From NCBI GenBank assembly GCA_963663385.2, contig CAXXXD010000003.1, positions 768,001-832,000 on the forward strand: a DNA stretch of 64,000 nucleotides. Direction: 5' to 3'. This document shows positions 1 through 8,904 of the stretch, piece after piece (positions within the stretch are counted from its first letter, which is position 1; every line of letters begins with the position of its first letter). The stretch comes from Oceanispirochaeta sp. (GTDB lineage Bacteria > Spirochaetota > Spirochaetia > DSM-2461). The position numbers were made by a program, and so were the translations under genes. Under the pieces are notes generated by a model. That model was not told where the DNA came from, searched no databases, and worked only from the letters and a program-made list of their open reading frames with translations.

Positions 1-381
1 GACTCTTTTTTTGATGATTTGTTTGAAGACGCTATTGGTGATGCCAAATATATTATGAAAATTGGAGAAGAAATAATTGGTTTCTGTTTGTTGGAATACT
101 TCATGCCAATAAGAACATTTCGCGAAGTCGCCGAGGTAACATACTTTATAAAAAAGGAATATATTGGCAGGGGAATTGGAAAAATGGCTTTGGAAATACT
201 GGAACAGGATGCTAAACAAAAAGGAATAAAAACAATAGTAGCCAATATTACCTCCGATAACAAAGGCAGTATTAGATTTCATGAAAAAAACGGTTTCATA
301 AAATACGGAGAATTGGAAAATGCCGGAATAAAATTTGGCAGATATTTTAACATAATTTACATGAAAAAAAATATTGCTTGA
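1..381 (+). CDS. GNAT N-acetyltransferase (phosphinothricin/YncA-like), 5' end outside the window
   Basis: Frame open from base 1. Acetyl-CoA motif YIGRGIG, NKGSIRFHEKNGF, and C-terminal G-x-K-F-G. Confidence 0.85.
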   Translation, partial: DSFFDDLFEDAIGDAKYIMKIGEEIIGFCLLEYFMPIRTFREVAEVTYFIKKEYIGRGIGKMALEILEQDAKQKGIKTIVANITSDNKGSIRFHEKNGFIKYGELENAGIKFGRYFNIIYMKKNIA

Positions 382-401
382 AATAACCGGGTATAAAGAA
401 C

Positions 402-933
402 ATGGAAATATCTTATAGAGAACCGAATATTCACGACTTCCACAATATTCAGACATTGTTTAAAGACGCAATAGCGGGAGCTTTTAAACAGAACAGTATT
501 ATGGATAAAGAAGAATTGGCCTATGAGATAAATGAAAAAAGCGATCGTATTGATAAATATCTGAATCATCAATTAAAGGACTCTTTTTTTCTGATAGCTG
601 TCGATAAAATCCGAATAGCGGGAATCGCCGGTATTTTATCCCGTAAAACAACTGATAATGGATAATACAAATGATATTTCCAGTCATGCTCTGGAACTGG
701 GTTCCGTGTATATTCATCCCGAATATCAGAAACAGGGCGTTGCCGGGAATCTTGTTGACAGGCTGATAAATAAAATGGCTTCTCTGGGTATCGGGGAGTA
801 TTACCTGGATTGCGGGTATGCAACAAGCCAGAAATACTGGAAAAGGGTTATGGGAAAACCGATCAAGACAATAGAAAACTATTTTGGTGAAAATGAATCA
901 TACATGATCTGGAAAAAGAAAATAGAGCAGTAA
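402..933 (+). pseudogene. GNAT N-acetyltransferase split by a 1-nt frameshift (ORFs 402-665 and 658-933)
   Basis: Removing one T from the run at 634-637 joins RIAGIAG to IYPVKQLIMDN...ELGSVYIHPEYQKQGVA, giving one complete GNAT. Could be a sequencing error. Confidence 0.75.
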
Positions 934-992
934 CGTAGTGGCATCTGAACCACGACCTGTCCGGTATACAGCAGGCGGTAGGCAGGGGTATT

Positions 993-1835
993 ATGCAGGA
1001 AGAAGAGGGTAAGATGATGCATGAAATAATGGATGTAAGAAGAATTTACAGGCAGCTTTTTGATCAGACAATAACAGAATTTGCCAAAATCCCGTCGGAT
1101 AAATTCTATGGCCCCACAGTGCTTCCATCCTGGAAAGTAAACAACATAATAAGTCATCTTACCGGAAATGCCTTATATAAAACTACGGATATCAGGAGAA
1201 TGGCAGAACAGCAGGAGAAATCTTCCATCGATTTTGATTCCCTGGCGCATATCATAAACGCAAACAATGAACGGTGGGTCGAGGCGCTGGATTACCTTGA
1301 TCAAACCGTCCTTCTGGATTTGTATGAGTCTTCGTATAGTGCAATGCTCCTGGAGTTTGAAAAAATACAAGATCTGAAGTCTCACGCGGTTCATGATGTT
1401 TTGTGGTACAGCGATGATCCCTCTCCCTGGTGGCTGGATATGGCGCGGGAATATACCGAATTATGGATGCATACCGCCCAGATCTGCGGTTATCTTGATA
1501 TAGCATTCCCTTTCGAAAAGCAGTATTCCACTTTGTTTCACAGGATATGCCTGCTGGCCGTCAGGAGGCTGTTTAAATCAGAAGAAAATGAAGTTATTTT
1601 AAGGATTCAGATCGGAACGGAGACTTATAATATCAGCAGTGAAAATGGCTTTGGAATACCGGAAAAGGGAAAACCCGCAGATGCAGTTATAACCATGACA
1701 GACAATGCGGCATGGAAACTGTTTTCGGGTATTTCTCCAACCCCGGAGGAAGCCTCGTCCATACAGATAGAGGGAGACAGGCGCATAGGCGGGAAATTCC
1801 TGAAAATAGAATCCGTAATGGTAAAAGCTGAATAG
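993..1835 (+). CDS. Maleylpyruvate isomerase N-terminal (DinB-like) domain protein with SCP2-like C-terminus
   Basis: PTVLPSWKVNNIISHL and EYTELWMHTAQI His motifs; C-terminal PADAVITM...IEGD. Start may be at 1014 or 1017. Confidence 0.7.
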   Translation: MQEEEGKMMHEIMDVRRIYRQLFDQTITEFAKIPSDKFYGPTVLPSWKVNNIISHLTGNALYKTTDIRRMAEQQEKSSIDFDSLAHIINANNERWVEALDYLDQTVLLDLYESSYSAMLLEFEKIQDLKSHAVHDVLWYSDDPSPWWLDMAREYTELWMHTAQICGYLDIAFPFEKQYSTLFHRICLLAVRRLFKSEENEVILRIQIGTETYNISSENGFGIPEKGKPADAVITMTDNAAWKLFSGISPTPEEASSIQIEGDRRIGGKFLKIESVMVKAE

Positions 1836-1864
1836 CAGAGACTGCGGAATACCTTCCTCTCAAA

Positions 1865-2632
1865 TCAGGACCAGATATAACTTAAAACCTCTTCCCGCAT
1901 TTCTACGAACTCCGGGAGTGATTTTACCTGCCGTATGTCCCTGTCTGCGTACTTCGTACTGAAAGGGGTTTCCACCTTCTTGATAAAATGGCCCGGCAGT
2001 TTTGACATCACATAAACCGAAGTGGACAGATAGATGGCCTCCTCAACGCTGTGGGTAATCAGTATTACGGTTTTATGGGTTTCCCGCCAGATTTTGAGAA
2101 GTTCATCCTGCATATGTTCCCTGGTAAGAACATCAAGGGCTCCGAAGGGTTCGTCCATCAGGAGGATTTCCGGGTCGTTCGCCAGGATGCGGGCAATGGC
2201 CACTCTCTGTCTCATCCCCCCCGACAGTTCGTAGCAGTGCATATGGCCGAAATCCGTAAGCTTGACCCTTTCCAGATTCTCCTTAACGATCCGCTGCCTT
2301 TTCCGCTTTTCAACCCTGTTCGCCTTAAGACCGAAGGCAACATTCTGTTCTATATTGAGCCAGGGATAGAGGGCCGGTTTCTGAAAAACCACCCCCCTGT
2401 TTCTGCTTGGACCTTCTAAGGGCCCCTTCTTATCAAAGATCGTCCCCCTTGTGGGAGGAAGAAAACCGCCGATAACATTGAGGAGTGTTGATTTTCCGCA
2501 GCCCGAGGGGCCGACAATACTGATAAAGTCTCCCTTTTCAACGGTCATGGAGACATCTTTTACGGCATTGAGAAGGCCCTTCCTGGTACTGAAATCAACA
2601 CAGATATCCTTTAGTTCAAGCAGATTGTCCAA
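1865..2632 (-). CDS. tauB: Taurine/sulfonate/nitrate ABC transporter ATPase (TauB-like)
   Basis: Walker A GPSGCGKST, signature LSGGMRQR, LLMDEPFGALD, ITHSVEEA. Confidence 0.8.
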   Translation of the reverse strand: MDNLLELKDICVDFSTRKGLLNAVKDVSMTVEKGDFISIVGPSGCGKSTLLNVIGGFLPPTRGTIFDKKGPLEGPSRNRGVVFQKPALYPWLNIEQNVAFGLKANRVEKRKRQRIVKENLERVKLTDFGHMHCYELSGGMRQRVAIARILANDPEILLMDEPFGALDVLTREHMQDELLKIWRETHKTVILITHSVEEAIYLSTSVYVMSKLPGHFIKKVETPFSTKYADRDIRQVKSLPEFVEMREEVLSYIWS

Positions 2633-2635
2633 TTC

Positions 2636-3661
2636 CTATTTCTCCAGTGCCTGCTGTATGTATTCGGGGTGCAGCGCCTTTTTGAAAACAGCCACATCCG
2701 GTGCGGATCTGATGGTCTTCTGTTCTGCAAGGAAATCGGCTGTCGCCTTCAGAACGGAGGCAAGATCGCCTATGGCGTCCTTCTTTCCCATAAACCGGGA
2801 TTCCAGCTGTTCCTCTCCCGAAAGCAGAAGGAGGCTGTTCATCTGCCTGAGGGCTTCTTCCCTGGGAATGTCAAACTGGCGGCTGACAGCTTCGGCCGCC
2901 TTATCCCGGTCGCTCCTGTAAAGCTCTACCGCTCTAATCTCTCCGGCCAGATACTCCACGACCAGTTCGGGATATTTTTCGGCAAAACCCTTTCTGACTA
3001 CCGTTATATCGCCTGTCAGATAACCTGCTTCAGCAAGCTTGCGGGAGTAGACCAGGACCTTGCCGTCCGCTTCCAGCATCTTGGCAAGTGTGGGTTCCCA
3101 AATAAAACTGCCGTCGATATCCCCCCTGTGCCAGGCGGCCAGGGCATCCGGCGGCTGCATATCAAAAATTTCCACCGTTTCCGGATCAATCCCTTCCAGT
3201 TCCAGAGCGGCCAGCAGATGGTAATGCGTTGTGGCGCCGAAGGGAACCGCAATTTTTTTGCCGGCCAGGCTCTTCAGATCGTTTATACCGGAGCCCTTTT
3301 TTACCACAAGAGCTTCATTGTCGCCTATGATGTCGTGAATCCAGATGACATCGAAGGGAACCGAATTGGCGATACCCGCCGCTATGCCGCTGCTTCCGGA
3401 AAGCCCTATGTCGATGCTGCCTGCGGCCAGGCCCGTATTCAGTTCGGAGCCTGAGTTGATCTGCACCCATTCTACGGGAATTCCGGTAGCGTCCTCAAAC
3501 CAGCTGAAATCCTTGGAGATTATCTGTCCGTTGGGGATGGCCTGGTAGCCGATTACGATTTTTTCCGGCCGGCCGGCTGTTTCACCTTGTCCGGCTGCAG
3601 AGACATTTATCCCGGAGAGGCAGAAAAACACCAGCAGGCTAAGGGCTGCTCTCTTTTTCAT
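2636..3661 (-). CDS. tauA: Taurine/sulfonate ABC substrate-binding protein (TauA-like)
   Basis: Signal peptide; IGYQ, GDNEALVV, GKKIAVPFGATTHYHL, AAWHRGDIDGSFIWEP. Confidence 0.75.
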   Translation of the reverse strand: MKKRAALSLLVFFCLSGINVSAAGQGETAGRPEKIVIGYQAIPNGQIISKDFSWFEDATGIPVEWVQINSGSELNTGLAAGSIDIGLSGSSGIAAGIANSVPFDVIWIHDIIGDNEALVVKKGSGINDLKSLAGKKIAVPFGATTHYHLLAALELEGIDPETVEIFDMQPPDALAAWHRGDIDGSFIWEPTLAKMLEADGKVLVYSRKLAEAGYLTGDITVVRKGFAEKYPELVVEYLAGEIRAVELYRSDRDKAAEAVSRQFDIPREEALRQMNSLLLLSGEEQLESRFMGKKDAIGDLASVLKATADFLAEQKTIRSAPDVAVFKKALHPEYIQQALEK

Positions 3662-3712
3662 CTTTAAGCTCCTATTTTTTTGTTTTTGGACTTTTACAGT
3701 AAAAATCCAGAC

Positions 3713-4501
3713 CTAACACTCTTTCCCTTTCCAGGGAACCAGAATCTTTTCGGCAAATCTTATAATCCTGTCCAGTATTATACCGGTGACGCCCATCACA
3801 ATAATACCCATAAACATAACATCCCCTCTCAGGAATTTTCCCGCGTCCAGAACCATCCAGCCTATGCCCGAGGTCGCCGCGACAATCTCGGAGGAAACCA
3901 GGGTGGTATAGGTAAACCCTATACTGACGCGCATCCCTGTGAAAATACCGGGAAGACAGGAGGGGAAGATCACATGCCTGAGGATGTATTTTTTTCCTGC
4001 CCCCAGGGATTGGGCTGTCTGAATTTTTTCCATCGAAACCGATGCCACAGCCGACATGGCATTGATGGACAGGGGAGGGAACGCCGCCAGAAAGAGCAGG
4101 GTGATTTTCGATTCGTTCCCGATTCCCAGCCATATGACCAGTATGGTGTAGTAGGCAAGAGGGGGGAGGGGACGGTAGAATTCAACGATGGGATCAAAAA
4201 CGGCCTTTACCTTCCAGTTGTATCCCATAAACATACCGAGGGGGATGGCTATCAGACAAGCCAGAATAAAACCGGATATAACCCGGAACAGACTGTCACC
4301 CAGGTGCTGAAGGAGAGTTCCCCCCCTATACCCGGAAAGGGCTATATCCTTAAAGGAATCGAGTACGCTGGCCGGTGAGGGAATAAAGTATTCCGGAAAT
4401 ATCCGCAGTCTGGCAATGGTGTACCACACCAGGAAAATTACCAGGACAGTAGATGTAGAAAGGAAAAATTCCGCTAGTTTTCTCTTGGTATATTTATTCA
4501 T
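3713..4501 (-). CDS. tauC: Taurine/sulfonate ABC permease (TauC-like)
   Basis: YRPLPPLAYY, WLGIGNESK, EAA-like loop AQSLGA, EIVAATSGIG. Confidence 0.8.
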   Translation of the reverse strand: MNKYTKRKLAEFFLSTSTVLVIFLVWYTIARLRIFPEYFIPSPASVLDSFKDIALSGYRGGTLLQHLGDSLFRVISGFILACLIAIPLGMFMGYNWKVKAVFDPIVEFYRPLPPLAYYTILVIWLGIGNESKITLLFLAAFPPLSINAMSAVASVSMEKIQTAQSLGAGKKYILRHVIFPSCLPGIFTGMRVSIGFTYTTLVSSEIVAATSGIGWMVLDAGKFLRGDVMFMGIIVMGVTGIILDRIIRFAEKILVPWKGKEC

Positions 4502-4509
4502 GTAAATTA

Positions 4510-4539
4510 ATTATAGTTAGAAACGAACCGTTCAGACAA
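4510..4539 (-). promoter_or_regulatory. Sigma70-type promoter for tauCAB, probably leaderless
   Basis: Minus strand TTGTCT-N18-TATAAT, then 8 nt to the ATG at 4501; no Shine-Dalgarno. Confidence 0.5.
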
Positions 4540-4590
4540 GCCGAATCCTGAAACCGGCCTGTCCGAATCGGATAATAATTGGAACCTGAA

Positions 4591-5868
4591 TCAGTTCACA
4601 CAGCGGGAACTTGTCATTTTGGCAACACGGTTACCCGCAATACCCCCGGCTACCAGGAAGACCAGAAAGATCCATCCCGAGAGGGAGAAGTTGGCTATCG
4701 GCGTGTAGAGGGCTCCCACATTACAGCCGTTGGCCAGTCTGGTTCCGAATCCCATAAAAAGACCGCCCATGGCAAAGAGCAGAAGATCCTTGACAGTGAC
4801 TTTGAACTCGGAAAAGAAGGTTGCCCTGAAAGTCCCGGCCAGCAGCAGGGTGATCAGGGTTCCCAGAACGATACCGATATTCTGTACCGATACGGGATTG
4901 GCAAAAATGGAGGTTTCGAAAAATCCGGCAGACATATGCGTAAAGGACGCCAGAGACTCCGGAGACACACCAAAGAGCATCAGGACTTTCCCAAACCAGA
5001 AACCGTAAATGGTGGATGCTCCCCAACCGGCTCTGGTCACTCCCATAAGCAGGGTGAAAACGGAGGCAATAATAATGGCTCCGGTCTGCATCTTCCAGGG
5101 TCTTACAAAAAGGATCTCATAGGTTTCGCTGCTGAACAGTTTGAAAGGCTTTCTTTCGTATTCCTTTTCCTGTTCGATTTCAGATCCTACACCCGTAAAT
5201 TTTCCTCCGGCTTTTACACTGTCTTCAAACCTTCTGGAGAAGTAGATGACTACCGCTGCAAAAAAGGCTGTGAGCAAAAGAGCTCCCAGGTAGCCGCTCA
5301 TGCCATCCCACATAAACCAGTCCGGCAGGTACACCCCGCCATAGAGCTGTTCCCCCGTTACAGAGGAGAACCAGGAATCTGTAACCCAGGAGGCCGTCTT
5401 CTGTACTGGAAATCCGATAAAAACGCCGAGGGCAAAAAATACCAGTGTTGTAATGGCTCTGGGCAGACCTGTCACCAGGTCTGTCAGTACACCGGATGCG
5501 CAGCAGGATGAAAAGGTCATACCGAAACCGAAGAACAGACCGCCCAGAATGAGTCCCAGGTTTATAGGGTTAACCCACAAGTCGTAACTGGTTGCATCGG
5601 ATCCGTAGAGGAGGGATACGGACAGAGCTGCTGTTCCCAGAAACATCCACATCAGGATTCTCATCAGTTTGGAAGAACCTGTTCTGTAAGGTCTGTTTAC
5701 GCTGCCCGCAAAACCCATAAAGCCTCTTGTCAGGGCGTATCCGAATCCCATACCTGCCATCAGTCTGATGAAAAGCATCTGGGACCCGAGAAAGGCTCCG
5801 CCGAAAACAAGGATAACCAGTACCAGTGCAAATCCGATAATGTTTTCTACTTTGTTATTCACAAACAA
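4591..5868 (-). CDS. YeeE/YedE (TsuA-like) sulfur/thiosulfate transporter
   Basis: Multi-TM protein with FGFGMTFSSCCASG and MGFGTRLANGCNVGA Cys motifs. Confidence 0.85.
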   Translation of the reverse strand: MFVNNKVENIIGFALVLVILVFGGAFLGSQMLFIRLMAGMGFGYALTRGFMGFAGSVNRPYRTGSSKLMRILMWMFLGTAALSVSLLYGSDATSYDLWVNPINLGLILGGLFFGFGMTFSSCCASGVLTDLVTGLPRAITTLVFFALGVFIGFPVQKTASWVTDSWFSSVTGEQLYGGVYLPDWFMWDGMSGYLGALLLTAFFAAVVIYFSRRFEDSVKAGGKFTGVGSEIEQEKEYERKPFKLFSSETYEILFVRPWKMQTGAIIIASVFTLLMGVTRAGWGASTIYGFWFGKVLMLFGVSPESLASFTHMSAGFFETSIFANPVSVQNIGIVLGTLITLLLAGTFRATFFSEFKVTVKDLLLFAMGGLFMGFGTRLANGCNVGALYTPIANFSLSGWIFLVFLVAGGIAGNRVAKMTSSRCVN

Positions 5869-5872
5869 TCTC

Positions 5873-7592
5873 CTAATCGAAATTATAGTCGGTTAAAATC
5901 GGCTCTCTGCCCGTAATTTTATCGTTGAAGTATTCATGGAAGGAAACACCCATAAAGCCGCCGGAAATATTCCAGACATTTTTATATCCCAGGTTCTGCA
6001 GAGCCAGAACCGCATTGTAGCTTCTCTGACCGCTCCGGCAGTGCAGATAGACCGGTTTATCCCTGGGGATTTCTTCCACTCTGTCCCGCAGCTGGCTCAG
6101 GGGGATATTTTTTGGCTGTTTTCAGATGAGAGAGTTCATACTCATCCTCTTCTCTTACATCAAAGATGGCTGCCTTATTCTCTATCAGTTCTCTGACCTG
6201 ATAGGCATGCACCTGTCTGAAATCATCATGCATCAGGTTTGTGGCTACATAACCGGCAAAGTTGACAACATCCTTGGCTGTTCCGAAGGGCGGGGCATAA
6301 CAGAGTTCCAGATCTTTCAGATCCCGGATGGTCCCGCCGAATTTAATAACTGTGGCAATAACGTCGATTCTTTTGTCCACATTTCCCTTGCCGATAGCCT
6401 GGGCTCCCAGAATCTTTCCTGTAGGAACTTCATAAACCAGTTTAAAGTGCATACTCCGGCTGGAGGGCATTAAACCGACCTTGTCCCCGGGGATAATTCT
6501 GACACAGTCAAAGTCGATATTCAGATTGGCATTGCGGATGAATCCGCCGGTCAGACCGGTGGAGGCGGCATTATAATCAAATACTTTCAGAATGGAAGAA
6601 CCGATATACCCTCTGTTGTCAATGGTCATACCGTTAATATGGTCTGCCACCCCTCTGGCCTGTTTCTGCGCCGGTCCGGCAAGGGGGAGTTTGAAATAGT
6701 CGTTAAAGAGGTAGCTGTAGACTTCTATGGCATCGCCCACCGCATAGATATCCCTGTCATTGGTCCGGTAGTTCTGATCTACCTTCATGGCTCCGGTTTT
6801 GCCAATATCCAGTCCGGCCTGTCTGGCCAGGTCGGTTTCGGGAGAAACACCAATTGCCATGATTACCAGATCCGCATCAACCTTGTTCCCGGATTCCAGG
6901 ATAATTCCTTTTTCATCAAAGGAGGTTACCTTGTCATTAAGGATCAGATTGACTCCCTTATCATAAATTTCCTTATGAAGTATCTGAACCATATCGTAAT
7001 CGAGTATTCTTAATATCTGGGGCATCGCTTCAATCAGGGTAACGTTGAAGCCTGCTTCCTTCAGGTTTTCTACCGTTTCAACGCCGATAAAACCGCCGCC
7101 GATTACAGAAACATTTCTGACGCCTTCTTCTTTTACCGCTTTTGCCAGTTTTGAAATATCCACAACATTTCTGATCGAAAAGTGTTTAATTTTATCCAGT
7201 CCGGGGATCGGGGGAACAATGGGTTTACCCCCGGGAGAGAGTACCAGTTTGTCATAGGATTCGGTGTAACTGTTGTCTGTTTTTAAATCCTTTACAGTAA
7301 CTTCTTTCTTCTTTCTGTCAATCGATACCACTTCGTTTTCTGTTTTGACATCGATATTGTACTGAGTTTTAAACAGTTCCGGTGTCATGAGGACCAGATC
7401 ATCAGATTCTTGGATAAGTCCGCTTAGATGGTAGGGCAGGCAGCAGTTTGAAAAGGATACATGGGGCCCCTTTTCAAACATGATAATTTGATCTTCTTCG
7501 CTTAATCTTCTTAATCTGGCCGCGGCTGATGCTCCGCCGGCAACTCCGCCGACTACTAAGATTTTTCTAGACATATGGTTACTCCTTATCAA
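5873..7592 (-). pseudogene. CoA-disulfide/persulfide reductase with C-terminal rhodanese domain, split by a 1-nt frameshift
   Basis: GGVAGG FAD motif, SFSNCCLPY, GGGFIG, YAPPF. Removing one base from the T6 run at 6108-6113 gives AKNIPLSQLRDRVEEIPRDKPVYLHCRSGQRS, which joins ORF 5873-6079. Confidence 0.8.
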
Positions 7593-7684
7593 GAATACAA
7601 AAAAAAATAAAGAAAATAGATATTTTTTTATGTATATAATCTTATTTATATAACTTTATCTAAATTATTTAACTGCAAAATAGA

Positions 7685-7768
7685 TGCTATGTCCAGTAAA
7701 TTCTGTAAAATACTTGCCATGACCAGTAAATTCCCTCTAAAATAGAGAAAATCATTGCGATTTCTCTA
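7685..7768. promoter_or_regulatory. Putative operator array in the divergent sulfur-locus promoter
   Basis: Direct repeat TGC(T/C)ATG(T/A)CCAGTAAATTC at 7685 and 7715; imperfect inverted repeat TAGAGAAAATC...GATTTCTCTA at 7743-7768. Confidence 0.5.
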
Positions 7769-7833
7769 AAATCGTTAATAATTTATTTAATCAGGATTTT
7801 TATAATTCTAGTTTTTAACAAGGACATTATCAA

Positions 7834-8760
7834 ATGAGAAACAATAAATTTTATTCTGGACTGATCCTTACGGCGCTGGTGCTTCTGACCGCCGTATCCT
7901 GTTCTTTTATTGATTATGCCGAGTCCGGCACCCTTATAGTCAGCGGAAAAGACGCGGTGAAACTGCTGGATAAAGGGTATATCCTTGTTGATGCCCAGAA
8001 GACGTCATCTTACAACAAGGAGCACATTGAATCGGCCGTTAATATTCAGCGTAAGGATATTATGGGCAGTAAGCCGGTTGCCAACAGCCTTGCCTCAGGG
8101 GATACTGTAGCAAAGGCAGCGGGGAATGCCGGACTGACCGAAGAATCGGATATCATCATTTACGACGACAATAACAATATGGACGCTTCCCGTTTATACT
8201 GGACCCTGAAAATATGGGGGCACAAGGGGAACATGGTTATTGTCTCCGGAGGACTCCGCAGTCTGACAGATGCCGGTCTGAGTATTACGGATGCAGCAAC
8301 GGATATCACTCCGGCCGCCTATATAACCGGTCCTCTTGATACTTCGATGATAGCTGAAAAGGAAGAAATCCTGGCCATGATTGATGATCCCGCGGCTGAT
8401 TTTGTGCTGATCGATGTTCGTTCCGATGAGGAATATCATGCAGGAACAATCCCCGGTTCCATCCATATCAATCATGAAAAGAACCTTTTTATCAATGAAG
8501 AAAAGGGGAGCACCTTCCGTCCGGTTTCCCACAACAGAATTCTGTATAAGGAGCTGGGAATTACACCGGAATGTGAAATCGTTATGTACTGCAAGAGTTC
8601 TGTCCGGGCAGCCAATACCTATGCCGCCCTGTATAATGCGGGTTACCGCAACCTGAAAATCTATGACGGCGCCTGGATCGAATGGTCAAGTTTGGACCTG
8701 CCCGTTTTTAAACCCGAATTTACAGCTGAAACATCTGTGGAATCATCAGATAATTCCTGA
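7834..8760 (+). CDS. Two-domain rhodanese/sulfurtransferase lipoprotein
   Basis: Lipobox-like TAVSC; HIESAVN, DASRLYW, IDVRSDEEY, active-site YCKSSVRA, YDGAWIEW. Confidence 0.85.
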   Translation: MRNNKFYSGLILTALVLLTAVSCSFIDYAESGTLIVSGKDAVKLLDKGYILVDAQKTSSYNKEHIESAVNIQRKDIMGSKPVANSLASGDTVAKAAGNAGLTEESDIIIYDDNNNMDASRLYWTLKIWGHKGNMVIVSGGLRSLTDAGLSITDAATDITPAAYITGPLDTSMIAEKEEILAMIDDPAADFVLIDVRSDEEYHAGTIPGSIHINHEKNLFINEEKGSTFRPVSHNRILYKELGITPECEIVMYCKSSVRAANTYAALYNAGYRNLKIYDGAWIEWSSLDLPVFKPEFTAETSVESSDNS

Positions 8761-8794
8761 TATTGGGATAGTATCGAATGAAAAAAACCGGGAT

Positions 8795-8900
8795 CCCCGA
8801 GCGAAGCTGAGAGGTCGGGGAGTCGGGTAGTCGGGGGCTGAATACCCCTCTCAATCTCCCCGGAGGGGAGACGTCGGTAAGGATTCCCTCCTGCGGAGGG
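8795..8900. repeat. Cluster of GC-rich short hairpins (REP-like) between convergent genes
   Basis: CCCCGA..TCGGGG (8795-8820), TCTCCCC-GGA-GGGGAGA (8855-8871), CCCTCC-TGC-GGAGGG (8886-8900), and tandem GTCGGG units. Confidence 0.55.
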
Positions 8901-8904
8901 TGAT

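Noticed and set aside
925..1000. Possible integron attC site after the GNAT genes (stop codon within TAAC)
   Set aside because: No matching GTTRRRY end, weak pairing, no second copy and no integrase in the window.
6085..6115. Selenocysteine or stop-codon readthrough as the cause of the split reductase
   Set aside because: The two halves are in different frames, so the cause is an indel rather than an in-frame UGA.
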